Shown here: in pieces, positions 15,586-24,564 of the stretch
How positions within the stretch are numbered: position 1 is the first letter of the stretch
Layout: every line of letters begins with the position of its first letter
DNA from: a virus
Lineage: Duplodnaviria; Caudoviricetes
DNA length: 33,346 bases
Strand: one strand, 5' to 3'
Virus record (IMG/VR): IMGVR_UViG_3300032330_001210
Coordinates: 1-33,346 of that record
Position numbers and translations under genes: made by a program
The notes under the pieces: model-generated
The model's database searches: none
Told to the model about the DNA's origin: nothing
The model's input: only the letters and a program-made list of their open reading frames with translations

Positions 15586-17292
15586 CTAGTATCCGATGAC
15601 GGTGATGCGAAAAGTCTGCGTGGATTGATTCTTGCCTGCGCCGGTTGCGTTCACCGCGTCCACATGAACCTGATCTGTTGCGACTACGTGCCCAAAGAAC
15701 GTCAGCCCTTCTGATACTGCGCTTGGAATTCCAAGCAGCACGATGTCGTTGAGAGATGCTCCTGTGACTGCGACGGTGATGGACGTGGATGAATTGCTTC
15801 CGACGCTGCCAAACGCCAGCGACGCGGTTGTCGTGAGCGTTTTAGGCGACAGCGGGAACACGCCGTAAGTGGTGGAGCCACTACGCAACAGGCCAAGGTT
15901 GACCAAGCTCGTCACGACGTTTGGGCCGTTGGGCTGCGTGACCGGGGTGGATCCGTAGAACGCCAGCTTCGACGACGTGCTGACGCCGAACTTTGTCCCA
16001 GTAGCGGTGCCCAGCCCTAGGTTGTATCCGTCAGTGATAGTGACGGCCGTGCCGGACAGATCCAACACGGTGGAACCTGTCCCGATCGTGTTATTTTGCC
16101 AATCGAGGAACACAGATCCGCCCGAGTTGTAGAGTTTGCGGTTGGTCGCGTCCACGTTCGTGTTGCTATCTTCGACAAACAGGGCGTCGCATTCTGCCTT
16201 TGTGTAGTAGCCAGCCGCGGACGCCGGGACTGCTGACCCTGTGGTGATGACGTCTTTGCGGATCGTGACGTCGCCCTGATAAATCGTCTTCGGTGTGCCT
16301 GACTGCGTGAGCTCGATCTCAAGTTTCGGCGTGATTGTGCTTGTTCCGGATTCCGCATAGAGCTCATCGAGCTCGCTTGTAGACATAGTCACGGTGGTCT
16401 GGAAAAACTTTCCAAAGACTACGGCAGACGCATCCAACGAAAGGACAGTCGTGACGTTTTGCTGGCCGAGATTGCGGACAAAGCTGATCGTATAATCGCC
16501 CTGATTGTTCCCAGCCTGCACGCTGATGTTTCCGGATCCGATGCCAGTGACGGCCGAAAGCGCTTCCGAGAAACTGGCCGCGGTCGCTCCGATGGCGATC
16601 CCGGTGGTGCTGTTTGCGCCGTAGTTTAGAACGATGTTTCCACCCTCTGCATCCGGGCCAACGCTAAGCCGCCAGGTCTGATTCGTCCCAGTTGTCCCGG
16701 ATGATCCGACCTGAAGCTGCGTTAAGCTGACCACTCCGGCCGTGCTGGCCGCAGTGAACGTGTCGCTGTAAACCGCAGGATTGCGGGAAAGTTGAATGAT
16801 CTGCTGGGCGTTGACTGATGCGGCCGGATAACGCCGAGTGTTGACTAACACGGAGCTGGTAGGGAATAGCGTGAAAGATGATCCGCCAAAAGATAGCGCC
16901 GTATTGGCGGTGACGGCCGTAATCACCCACGCTCCGTTCGTCACGGAGCCATATGTCGTCACTGTGCAGTTGCCGGCGATGGCAGAGATGGCGGTGGCGA
17001 CTTGTGCTGTCGTCGCGTTGAAAGAAATCGCCGTCGAAGTGCCGGTGCTGGTGGTCAGCTTGAACTGGCCGTCGGTCGGCTTTCCGTCCAGATAACCGAT
17101 GCCGAGCTTCAGGCTGGCGCCCGTGGTGTCGATGTCGCGGAGCAGGCCTGAGCTGTCCCGGGCCTGCAAGCGGACGCGTAGCGTGTAGGAATCGTTTCGG
17201 GTGAGCGTCGGGAAAACTCCGTTCTTCACGGATCCTGCCGCCACCAGTGCGTTGGCCCCTGTATCCAGATAGAGATCGATCTGCTGGCCCAT
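15586..17292 (-). CDS. Tail fibre / baseplate-associated receptor-binding protein
   Basis: 568 aa Ser/Thr/Gly-rich beta protein; two T..I...AT.A....A.SA repeats; YYTKAECD linker; downstream of the tape measure. Confidence 0.7.
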   Translation of the reverse strand: MGQQIDLYLDTGANALVAAGSVKNGVFPTLTRNDSYTLRVRLQARDSSGLLRDIDTTGASLKLGIGYLDGKPTDGQFKLTTSTGTSTAISFNATTAQVATAISAIAGNCTVTTYGSVTNGAWVITAVTANTALSFGGSSFTLFPTSSVLVNTRRYPAASVNAQQIIQLSRNPAVYSDTFTAASTAGVVSLTQLQVGSSGTTGTNQTWRLSVGPDAEGGNIVLNYGANSTTGIAIGATAASFSEALSAVTGIGSGNISVQAGNNQGDYTISFVRNLGQQNVTTVLSLDASAVVFGKFFQTTVTMSTSELDELYAESGTSTITPKLEIELTQSGTPKTIYQGDVTIRKDVITTGSAVPASAAGYYTKAECDALFVEDSNTNVDATNRKLYNSGGSVFLDWQNNTIGTGSTVLDLSGTAVTITDGYNLGLGTATGTKFGVSTSSKLAFYGSTPVTQPNGPNVVTSLVNLGLLRSGSTTYGVFPLSPKTLTTTASLAFGSVGSNSSTSITVAVTGASLNDIVLLGIPSAVSEGLTFFGHVVATDQVHVDAVNATGAGKNQSTQTFRITVIGY

Positions 17293-17309
17293 TTTATCCC
17301 TCGCCTATG

Positions 17310-17564
17310 TCAAGGCCCATAGACCGTTATCGTGGCCGGCGAACCGTTGGAACATACGTTCAGTGTGATTTGCCTAAGTCCACCTCCGCCGCTCGTCACC
17401 ACTCCGGTCACGCTGATCTGGATGCCGTCCGGGACGTCGATCAGAGTGACGTTGGCGCCTGCGATCGGTTTGGTGCATTCAATCCGCCTGATCAGCTTGT
17501 TGAAAAATCCCTTCCCAAGTCGAGACGGGCCGTCGATTTCGTTTAGGCGGGCTTCGGTTGCCAT
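17310..17564 (-). CDS. Small tail-tip protein (hypothetical)
   Basis: 84 aa ORF in the tail operon. Confidence 0.65.
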   Translation of the reverse strand: MATEARLNEIDGPSRLGKGFFNKLIRRIECTKPIAGANVTLIDVPDGIQISVTGVVTSGGGGLRQITLNVCSNGSPATITVYGP

Positions 17565-17567
17565 AAC

Positions 17568-18221
17568 TTACGCGTAGACGCCCTGCCCTTGCTGCTTCTC
17601 TTTGAACGTTGCCCGAGCGACTAGGAACTGACCGCGGCGAGTAGAGTCCAAGCTGTCCAAGCAGTACCCAAAGTAAGTTAGCGTTCCCTCAAGATTGCTG
17701 ACGGTGACTCCCGGAGTGCGCGGATTTTGCGGAGTTGCCGTGTTGTTAATATAGGCCGGCATAGGAACGATGGCGTTCGGCCCGAATCGTTCATTCACAG
17801 GGAAACTCGAGGAAAGCTGGCCGCTGGCGAATTGACTTTCAGTCAGATCGGTCACGAAGCTCACTTCGATCACGACAGGCGGGCCAAATATATCCGCCCC
17901 GGTCGTTGGAATAAACTTCACCTGCGCTTGCGGCAGTCCGGTGGAACTGGTGAGCCCAACGTAAGTGACGGTCATTTCGCTAATGTCGCCATCCTGCTCA
18001 CGGACGGACGCTGTCTCAACCGCCATTCGTGGGAACGTAGTGGATGCCCTAGAAAATACAGAGTGCGTCACGTCCTTCAGCGGCAGAATGGTCTGACGAT
18101 CCTCCGTCCTGATCGTGTAGGTTTCTGTCAGCGTTTCCAGTCCCACGATCTCCCGGCTGTACTCGGAACGCCGCAGGATCTTACTGCCGGACGATAATGC
18201 GCCAAGAATAGAAGCGGCCAT
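17568..18221 (-). CDS. Distal-tail/hub-like protein (by position)
   Basis: 217 aa beta-rich ORF immediately after the tape measure. Confidence 0.55.
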   Translation of the reverse strand: MAASILGALSSGSKILRRSEYSREIVGLETLTETYTIRTEDRQTILPLKDVTHSVFSRASTTFPRMAVETASVREQDGDISEMTVTYVGLTSSTGLPQAQVKFIPTTGADIFGPPVVIEVSFVTDLTESQFASGQLSSSFPVNERFGPNAIVPMPAYINNTATPQNPRTPGVTVSNLEGTLTYFGYCLDSLDSTRRGQFLVARATFKEKQQGQGVYA

Positions 18222-18222
18222 A

Positions 18223-19701
18223 TTAGCTCACCAATGGAGCCGACGTCAGCTTTGAGAGCGCGTCTTGCAGGGTTTTGTTGATGTCGTCTAGGGTAGTCTT
18301 TCCTTCGGCTTCTTTCTTTGCCTGCGTTTGGATGTACTCGGAACGCCGTTCGGACATGGAGCGCTGCGCTGTTCCTATGCCAAACGATCCGACCTTTGTG
18401 GCGGCCGTGCTTGCTAGGACTTCTTTGTCGAACTGCCCCTGCGTCACCTTCTTTTGTTCTTCTGCTGCTTTCTTGCGGGCTTTTTCGACTTCGGCCGCTA
18501 CGCCGCCGCCAAGTCCGGCTGCGATGTCGAGGCGTTGCCCAGCGGCTCCGCCTTCGGTCTGTTGAAACTGCCGTGAGTTTCCACCTGGGCCAGCCATGGC
18601 GCCTTTTTGCTTTTCCAACATTTTGTTTTCTTCCATTGCGTTCTCAATCTTTTGATTGATCGCTTCACGTTCGCTTTCAAAAATGTAATTCCGCCGACGT
18701 TCTTCGCTATCCGCCGCCATCTTTTTCTCGTCTTCTTCTTCTTTAAGCGCCCGCATAGCCTCGTCGGTGCGTTCTTTGATGGCGTCCTTTTCGGCTTTCT
18801 CGGTTTCCTTGGCGGCTTTGGCTGCGGTTTTTTTCCCACCTCCTGCTCCGCCTTCTAAATCCATGGGTTTGCCTGCTGCTTTGGGTTGGTCGCCTTTGTT
18901 AAATTCAGCCTTACTTTTTTTCATTTCGTCGCTGATTGCTTTGGCTCCGGCAAGGTTACCCGTCAGCGCTTCACCGACCATCGCCATGGCCATGGCAATC
19001 TGTTCCGCCATAAACTTAAATCCTTTGATCATCGGATTGATAAATTGAGCGGCAGATCCAAATGCGATCATCATGGTGTTTTGGAAAGATTTGATTTCGT
19101 CGGAAGCTGCCGCCAGTTGCGCGATCGTATCGTCCGACCATGTTCCCATACCCTGCCCCATTTGCTGAATGGCGTCCGGGCCCATCCTGAGCGTTTCCAT
19201 GAGAGCTCCAACGCTTTTGCCGGCCACTTCCTGCGCCTGGGCGAACGCTTCCAGTGGGTCGTTGGCGCCTGCCACTGCCTCGCTTAGCTTGAAAAATATA
19301 TCCTGAGGCGACATGCCTTGCAGATCGGAAACGGTTAAGCCTAGTTTTTCAAACGATGCGATCATAGCGTCATCTCCGCCGATCGCCTTTCCTGCATTCA
19401 CAGCAAGTTTATTCATGGCGCTGGCCACGTCTTCAACGCCTGCACCGGACAGCGATGCAGCGTTCCCGACTTCTTGAAGCGCGGACGCTGAAATCCCAAA
19501 ACGATTCGCCAGATCCTGAAGCTGATCGCCTTTGTCGATTGCTGACGAAAGACCGCCCAAGATCTTGTCGAATGCAAAAGCGCCTGTCAGGATCCCGGCC
19601 GTCTGTTTGGCAAACTTGTTGACGGCGTTCTCCGCCTCTTTCAACCCGTTCTCAAACGAGCTTTTTTCCAGTGCCAGTTTGGCTGTTGCGACTGCGTCCA
19701 T
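18223..19701 (-). CDS. Tail tape measure protein (short, about 492 aa)
   Basis: Ala/Gly-rich helical protein; LQDLANRFGISASALQ, FEKLGLTV..L..MSPQDIF motifs; ATG at 19701 follows the upstream TAA (the ORF track starts at TTG 19710). Confidence 0.88.
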   Translation of the reverse strand: MDAVATAKLALEKSSFENGLKEAENAVNKFAKQTAGILTGAFAFDKILGGLSSAIDKGDQLQDLANRFGISASALQEVGNAASLSGAGVEDVASAMNKLAVNAGKAIGGDDAMIASFEKLGLTVSDLQGMSPQDIFFKLSEAVAGANDPLEAFAQAQEVAGKSVGALMETLRMGPDAIQQMGQGMGTWSDDTIAQLAAASDEIKSFQNTMMIAFGSAAQFINPMIKGFKFMAEQIAMAMAMVGEALTGNLAGAKAISDEMKKSKAEFNKGDQPKAAGKPMDLEGGAGGGKKTAAKAAKETEKAEKDAIKERTDEAMRALKEEEDEKKMAADSEERRRNYIFESEREAINQKIENAMEENKMLEKQKGAMAGPGGNSRQFQQTEGGAAGQRLDIAAGLGGGVAAEVEKARKKAAEEQKKVTQGQFDKEVLASTAATKVGSFGIGTAQRSMSERRSEYIQTQAKKEAEGKTTLDDINKTLQDALSKLTSAPLVS

Positions 19702-19702
19702 A

Positions 19703-20524
19703 TTAGGCAAATCCTGCTTCTTTTGATTTGTGTTTCACTATGGCAATCACGCTTTTGGCTAGTGTGTTTCGTTGGATGTCAAGGGTCTGCTTGAGCGTTC
19801 CGGGCCCAAGGGCTCGGCCTATCCATGGCACGCTGTTTTTTATTTCGACATATTTGTCCGTCAAAGTCACAGTGCCGCGGCCATATTTTGAAATCAGTTT
19901 AGCAATCCAATCCTGAATTTTCTTCACGCCAGTCGCACCGCTGAATCCACCTAATTTAGCGGCGCATTCAGCCCATGCGGCCTTTGCAATTCCTACATGC
20001 GACATCTTGCGTTTTTTGTATTTATTGAGTTCGCTCCCCGTAGGCGTAACCATGCGAACATATTGATTTTTCGGGACTCTTTGTGTGGATCCGTACCGTG
20101 CAAGTTGATGCAGTTTTCCACCGTCAAACGAACCGACTTCAGTAAAAATATATGGCTTCATGCCAAGCCGCCTTACGATTTCTTCCGATTGGTGGTAGTC
20201 TCCTTTTTTTACGGATTGCAGGAACGCCTTGGCAGCCTGCTCTGGATTCTGAGTTTTAGTTTTCCCCTTTGGCGTGCCTGCGTTTTTCAGTTCTTTGCCT
20301 GCAATTTTTGCGGTTTTATAGACTTGTGAAATGCCCGTCTCGACTGCTTTTTCAGAAATCTTTCTTACCTTTGCATTCATGCCGAATGGTTGAGTGGCAT
20401 TTGTAAGGCGTAACGCGAGAACGCGGCCGGACTTCTTCATTTCTCTGTATGCTTCTTCTTTGGTCAGCTTTCCCCATAAGGCCAGCGCTTTGGTGAGATT
20501 CTTTTCTTCTATTGTCAGTTTCAT
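19703..20524 (-). CDS. Basic tail-completion/neck-like protein (HK97 gp10-like, tentative)
   Basis: Very Lys/Arg-rich; G.AKAAW and IKNSVPWI motifs reminiscent of gp10-like proteins. Confidence 0.5.
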   Translation of the reverse strand: MKLTIEEKNLTKALALWGKLTKEEAYREMKKSGRVLALRLTNATQPFGMNAKVRKISEKAVETGISQVYKTAKIAGKELKNAGTPKGKTKTQNPEQAAKAFLQSVKKGDYHQSEEIVRRLGMKPYIFTEVGSFDGGKLHQLARYGSTQRVPKNQYVRMVTPTGSELNKYKKRKMSHVGIAKAAWAECAAKLGGFSGATGVKKIQDWIAKLISKYGRGTVTLTDKYVEIKNSVPWIGRALGPGTLKQTLDIQRNTLAKSVIAIVKHKSKEAGFA

Positions 20525-20736
20525 ATTCCCAAAATATCCTTTATGTCACGAAGGTCGTCGCCGGTGATTGCTTCCACCCGGCGCAGTTTCACGCCGTTGA
20601 TGAACATGAAAACGTGTTCGGCCTGATTGACCAAGCAGATCGGAATTTCCCACAGAATTTTCTGTAAATCCCATCCTGTTTCCTTTGCCAGCACGAACAC
20701 GCTCGCGGCGCATCCGGCCGGCGTCAGGCGTTTCCC
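20521..20736 (-). CDS. Tail assembly chaperone, -1 frameshift extension (gpGT-like)
   Basis: -1 frame open from G GGA AAC (20736-20730): KRLTPAGCAASVFVLAKETGWDLQKILWEIP...DILGI*; stop overlaps the next ATG. Confidence 0.8.
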   Translation of the reverse strand, partial: GKRLTPAGCAASVFVLAKETGWDLQKILWEIPICLVNQAEHVFMFINGVKLRRVEAITGDDLRDIKDILGI

Positions 20737-21110
20737 GGGTCGCCGATTGGCTTTTTATCCGGGATGACCGCCACCCGCGACTTGTTAGCTTCCCCAAGTA
20801 TCGCCGCCACCAGCAGCCCAGCCGTGTCCCTGTCCTCTGGCGTCATATCCTCCGACCATTCCATAAGCTTCTCTCGGAATTCGTCCTTATTCCATGCCAG
20901 CCGGATCGCGGCTTTCCTATCCTTGGCCAGCAGAATGTGAACGAAAAGAAAAGACCAGATAAAGTAGATCGAGCTGTCGGCGTCGTCCCGGACTTGGAGC
21001 AAAAGCAGCCGGGATCCTTCGGTGTAAGGCGCCAGCCGTTGATCCTTAAAATATCGATCCGGGCTGACGAACGCGGAATTCAATTCCGCCTCTAGGTCTT
21101 GGTCGCTCAT
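20724..21110 (-). CDS. Tail assembly chaperone (gpG-like)
   Basis: 128 aa, ends PGNA* over the slippery heptamer GGGAAAC; between tail tube and tape measure. Confidence 0.8.
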   Translation of the reverse strand: MSDQDLEAELNSAFVSPDRYFKDQRLAPYTEGSRLLLLQVRDDADSSIYFIWSFLFVHILLAKDRKAAIRLAWNKDEFREKLMEWSEDMTPEDRDTAGLLVAAILGEANKSRVAVIPDKKPIGDPGNA

Positions 21111-21484
21111 AGCCTGCTTAAAAGGGCTTTCTTTAGCTCAGGACGGGCCTTCTCTGCGACCAGTAGCGTCTGCCCGCCTCTTTGTATGGATAGAATTTTT
21201 TCTGCACGCTTCACCAGCCCGAGGAGTGTCTCTCTATTCTCAAGCGCCGCCCTCACGAACCTGATCGACGCATCCTCCGGGCTTTTCATGTCCGCCCAAG
21301 TGCGTTCCATTTCAGCCTTTGCGTCCTGTCCTTCACCGCCATCCATGAACCAAAACGTGACCTGTTCACGCCCATCCTCTTTTTGGATTCTGGTGACCGG
21401 ATCCATAGGCCGTAGCTTGGCGCCATAGGCAGCGGCGGCCGCTGCTACTTTGATGTTCGTTGTGCCCCAAAAACTCTCGATCAT
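21107..21484 (-). CDS. Hypothetical protein in the tail operon
   Basis: 125 aa, ATGA-coupled to the chaperone gene. Confidence 0.7.
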   Translation of the reverse strand: MIESFWGTTNIKVAAAAAAYGAKLRPMDPVTRIQKEDGREQVTFWFMDGGEGQDAKAEMERTWADMKSPEDASIRFVRAALENRETLLGLVKRAEKILSIQRGGQTLLVAEKARPELKKALLSRL

Positions 21485-21516
21485 TTTAGGATCTCAGGTG
21501 AACCGCCCTTTCGGGC

Positions 21517-21861
21517 TTAGCTCATGTTGGGGTAGCGAGTGGCGCTGACGTCCACCGTGACGAATGCGTCAGGGCTTTTCGAGAAGGCCACGGATTCGAC
21601 CACGATCTTCCCGCCGGTGCTTGTAGCGTTGGCGAGTGTGGTCAGAACGGCTCCGGCCGTTGTTGCGTAGGTTCCGGTGATTGTGCCGGAAAAGCTTAGA
21701 GCATCGGTCTGATTATAAAGTGCGAGAGCGACCACGTCGCCGGACGCGTTGCGGACTTCCGCTTTCTCGATGTTCCTTGTTTCAGAGAAGTTGGAAACGA
21801 GGATTCCGCTCTCTGCGCTCATTCCGAAAGAAAGGCCTGAAGTTCCGATTGTGGTCGCCAT
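21517..21861 (-). CDS. Tail tube (major tail) protein, minimal
   Basis: 114 aa Thr/Ser-rich beta protein after the terminator and before the chaperones; followed by a GAAA hairpin. Confidence 0.65.
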   Translation of the reverse strand: MATTIGTSGLSFGMSAESGILVSNFSETRNIEKAEVRNASGDVVALALYNQTDALSFSGTITGTYATTAGAVLTTLANATSTGGKIVVESVAFSKSPDAFVTVDVSATRYPNMS

Positions 21862-21879
21862 ATTGCCCTATATTTTGTG

Positions 21880-22326
21880 TCAACTCGCTGTAGAGTTTGG
21901 ATAGGCGATCACTGCCAGCTTGAAGTTTCGCTTCATGCTGCGTTCCTCATTGTCGGCCTCCGCCTCACTGCTTTCTAGTTTTGCGTTGTAGCAGCGGGCC
22001 GCACCGATCGCTGTCGTGGCGTTCAGCCGGGCCGTCAGGCTCGTCGTATCATAAAACGCCTGAAGGATTTTTGAGCATTTTTGTGTATGTGCCGCCAGTG
22101 TCGTGTCGTCATAGCTCTGTTCCAGAATGATCTCCACCGGGACGCTGAACACGCCAGATCCCTGCACTGGTTCTTCTGTTCCCATGGTCGCTTTAATGAC
22201 GATCGATGGCGGTTTGTTTTCGGTTAGATCGTGAGACAGGTGGTAGTCCTGCCCGGTGACGGTGGCGGAAAGTAGTTCCTGAAAAGCGCCTTCGATTAGG
22301 CGGTCGAGCATGGTGACGGCGGGCAT
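21880..22326 (-). CDS. Tail terminator-like protein (gpU-like, by position)
   Basis: 148 aa with PPSIVI motif, immediately upstream of the tail tube. Confidence 0.6.
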   Translation of the reverse strand: MPAVTMLDRLIEGAFQELLSATVTGQDYHLSHDLTENKPPSIVIKATMGTEEPVQGSGVFSVPVEIILEQSYDDTTLAAHTQKCSKILQAFYDTTSLTARLNATTAIGAARCYNAKLESSEAEADNEERSMKRNFKLAVIAYPNSTAS

Positions 22327-22343
22327 ATTCTAAACTGTTGTTG

Positions 22344-22958
22344 TCACCAGATCGGGCGAATTGATGAATCAAAAGTGACCATCGTTTTGCACCCAGCTCC
22401 GCCGTGGGGGAACGTTGGCGTGTAGGAATAGCGCCGTACACAATCCGGCCAGTTCATTGTCGCCTTTCCCCTGGCTGCTTTGGACGTATCGACCGACCGA
22501 TCGTTATCTTCTATGATAAAGGTGCAAGGCAGGCCGGAGCCGGCGACATAATTTACGGCCTCATAAAAGTGCCCTTCATCCTCCGCGCCGTCGCCTAGAA
22601 AGCACCATACCTTTGATGCGCTGCCCTGTTCTTTGAGCGTGTGCGCGACTCCTGCCGCTATCCCGCACGTCCCGGCCAGCACGCTGGATGTGTAAAAATT
22701 TAATTTACGGTCAAAGACGAACATGGATCTGCCGTCTTTGATCATCTGTTCCAGTGCGTCGGGATCCCCGCCGGCCAAAAGGTAGTGATAGTGGGATCGA
22801 TGGGTTGAAAAGATCCAATCGCCAGGGCGGATTTCTTTATAGATTTCGATCAGTTGATCTTCGTTGCCACCGCAAAGGTGGATCAGATAAGGCAGTTTCC
22901 CCTGCTCAAACAGGGCTTTGATCCGCAATTCAAAATCGATCAGGTCTTGTTTATTCAT
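22344..22958 (-). CDS. ThDP-dependent enzyme, E1-alpha-like subunit (minimal, 204 aa)
   Basis: HLCGG.E, STHRSH.H.L, GDGAEDEG.FYEAVN...EDN ThDP-binding motif. Confidence 0.9.
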   Translation of the reverse strand: MNKQDLIDFELRIKALFEQGKLPYLIHLCGGNEDQLIEIYKEIRPGDWIFSTHRSHYHYLLAGGDPDALEQMIKDGRSMFVFDRKLNFYTSSVLAGTCGIAAGVAHTLKEQGSASKVWCFLGDGAEDEGHFYEAVNYVAGSGLPCTFIIEDNDRSVDTSKAARGKATMNWPDCVRRYSYTPTFPHGGAGCKTMVTFDSSIRPIW

Positions 22959-24049
22959 ACAAATGCGTCATGGCTATCGGTTGCCAGTTTTTCAAACAGC
23001 GCCACTTTTGCGTGATTGGCGCATTCATGCAGGCAGCTCACGCCAGGATTGAAATTCTTGTGCCATGCCTTCGCCTCGTCGCCGAACCATGCCTGCCTAA
23101 ACGTTTGATTCTTCATCGATGCGATCCGGCCGTGATTTGCGTATGCCGTATTATGGCAGGCGTAAATGTCCAGATCGGCTCCGACCACGCAGACGGCTTG
23201 AGCATATAGGCAACGATGAAACGGCCGGAGCGGCGACTTGCTTGGACTATCCAGATCGTAAGTCGTATTGATCGTAAAATCCTCATCACAGAATGACTGA
23301 CATTCCGCAAGTTGTTCACGCACCCTGGTCGCAATCGTACCGTGATATTCCTTAAAGTTCTGAACATAGACGGGCGAAAAGCGAACGTTGCTCACCCCGC
23401 ATTCCTTCAACTCTTTTGCAAATGGAACGAGCCCTTCGTAATTATAACGGGTGATGATGAAATTGATTCCAAGATCGCAGCTTTCGGTCTTGGTATTGGA
23501 AAAGTTTTTTATGTTTTGTATGACTGAATCAAACGATCGATCCGGCACGTTTCGGCTGGCAGCCATCTGTTCGGCGCTGGTGTAGTCCATGGAAATCCTG
23601 ACCCACTTGGCGTTGCCCAATACTTCCGCCCGTTCACCGGCGAGAAGTTGGCCGTTGGTGATGATGGAAAGATCCAGCCCGGACGAAACAGTCTTTGTCA
23701 TAATTTGAACGATGTCTTTATGCAGTAGCGGTTCGCCGCCTCCGCTGAACGTCACGGCTTTGGTGCCTATGTTGGAAAGATCCTCAATCAGTTCCATCGC
23801 CTTGGCCGTAGGCATGACGTCCCGTTCGTTCATGCTGGTGTGCATTCCGGCTTGCAGATGTAGATCCGGGCGATCTTTAGGCCGTGTTGTGCCATCAGAA
23901 TAAACGCAAAAACGGCACGCATGATTGCAGATATTCGTCGGCTTGATCCGCACGTAGATCGGGGCCGTAATAATATCGTCCCGGAAGCTGGCGATCTTAT
24001 CGGGAAACGAAAAGATTTTCAGGTCGCTGTATTTGTTCTGCTTCACCAA
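22955..24049 (-). CDS. Radical SAM enzyme with C-terminal SPASM/twitch-type cysteines
   Basis: CNHACRFC (CxxxCxxC), SGGGEPL, ITNG, RISMD; C-terminal RC...GAD..IYAC...CLHEC. Confidence 0.93.
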   Translation of the reverse strand: MVKQNKYSDLKIFSFPDKIASFRDDIITAPIYVRIKPTNICNHACRFCVYSDGTTRPKDRPDLHLQAGMHTSMNERDVMPTAKAMELIEDLSNIGTKAVTFSGGGEPLLHKDIVQIMTKTVSSGLDLSIITNGQLLAGERAEVLGNAKWVRISMDYTSAEQMAASRNVPDRSFDSVIQNIKNFSNTKTESCDLGINFIITRYNYEGLVPFAKELKECGVSNVRFSPVYVQNFKEYHGTIATRVREQLAECQSFCDEDFTINTTYDLDSPSKSPLRPFHRCLYAQAVCVVGADLDIYACHNTAYANHGRIASMKNQTFRQAWFGDEAKAWHKNFNPGVSCLHECANHAKVALFEKLATDSHDAFV

Positions 24050-24564
24050 TCGTCCTTTCGTTCGACAAGCATGGTCGATCGGCCCCAGCTCAGTCCCTCA
24101 AGTGCGAATTTATATTCACCGGCCACCTGCGAAGGATGTGAAAGATCGATGACTGGAAAGTCCACCATTCCCCTGATCGCCTGGGTAAAGTCCTGCGTGT
24201 GCGTTGGCCCTGTAAAAAGTGCCTTCTTTTTATTTCCGACGACCACTCTGATGATGGCGGCCGGATAGAATTGCCCGCAGCTTATTTTGGCCGCAGCGCC
24301 TAGATGATTCACGATTGCGTCCAAGGCGTTCAGAATGAAATCCATTCTTTCGATAAAAACGACGGGCTTCAGTCCTGCCAGACTTAGGCCGGTCGCCATT
24401 CCAACCATGAGATTTTCAGCCACGGGAGTCTCGATCAGTTGAGAATCAGGAACGCGGTTCAGTGTGCCGGCGGCCCGACCGCCCACTTTTACGCCATATC
24501 CAATGAACCGGACGGCCGGATCCCAGGCCAAAGTTTCCATAGCTTTCGTCAGCTCAGCTTTCAA
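24043..24564 (-). CDS. ThDP-dependent enzyme, E1-beta-like pyrimidine-binding subunit (173 aa, no C-terminal domain)
   Basis: IETPVAENLMVGMATGLSLAGLKPVV, DFILNALDAIVN, GPTHTQ. Confidence 0.9.
   Translation of the reverse strand: MKAELTKAMETLAWDPAVRFIGYGVKVGGRAAGTLNRVPDSQLIETPVAENLMVGMATGLSLAGLKPVVFIERMDFILNALDAIVNHLGAAAKISCGQFYPAAIIRVVVGNKKKALFTGPTHTQDFTQAIRGMVDFPVIDLSHPSQVAGEYKFALEGLSWGRSTMLVERKDDW

Noticed and set aside
13958-17292. Diversity-generating retroelement or invertible tail-fibre system
   Set aside because: No reverse transcriptase or invertase gene, and no template/variable repeat pair noticed
20546-20797. 83-aa minus-strand ORF as the chaperone extension
   Set aside because: Wrong frame; the -1 frame from GGGAAAC to the stop at 20521 gives the chaperone-like sequence and couples to the next ATG
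22344-24564. Pyruvate dehydrogenase auxiliary metabolic genes for central metabolism
   Set aside because: Subunits are heavily shortened, there is no E2 or E3, and they are interleaved with radical SAM and glycosyltransferase genes
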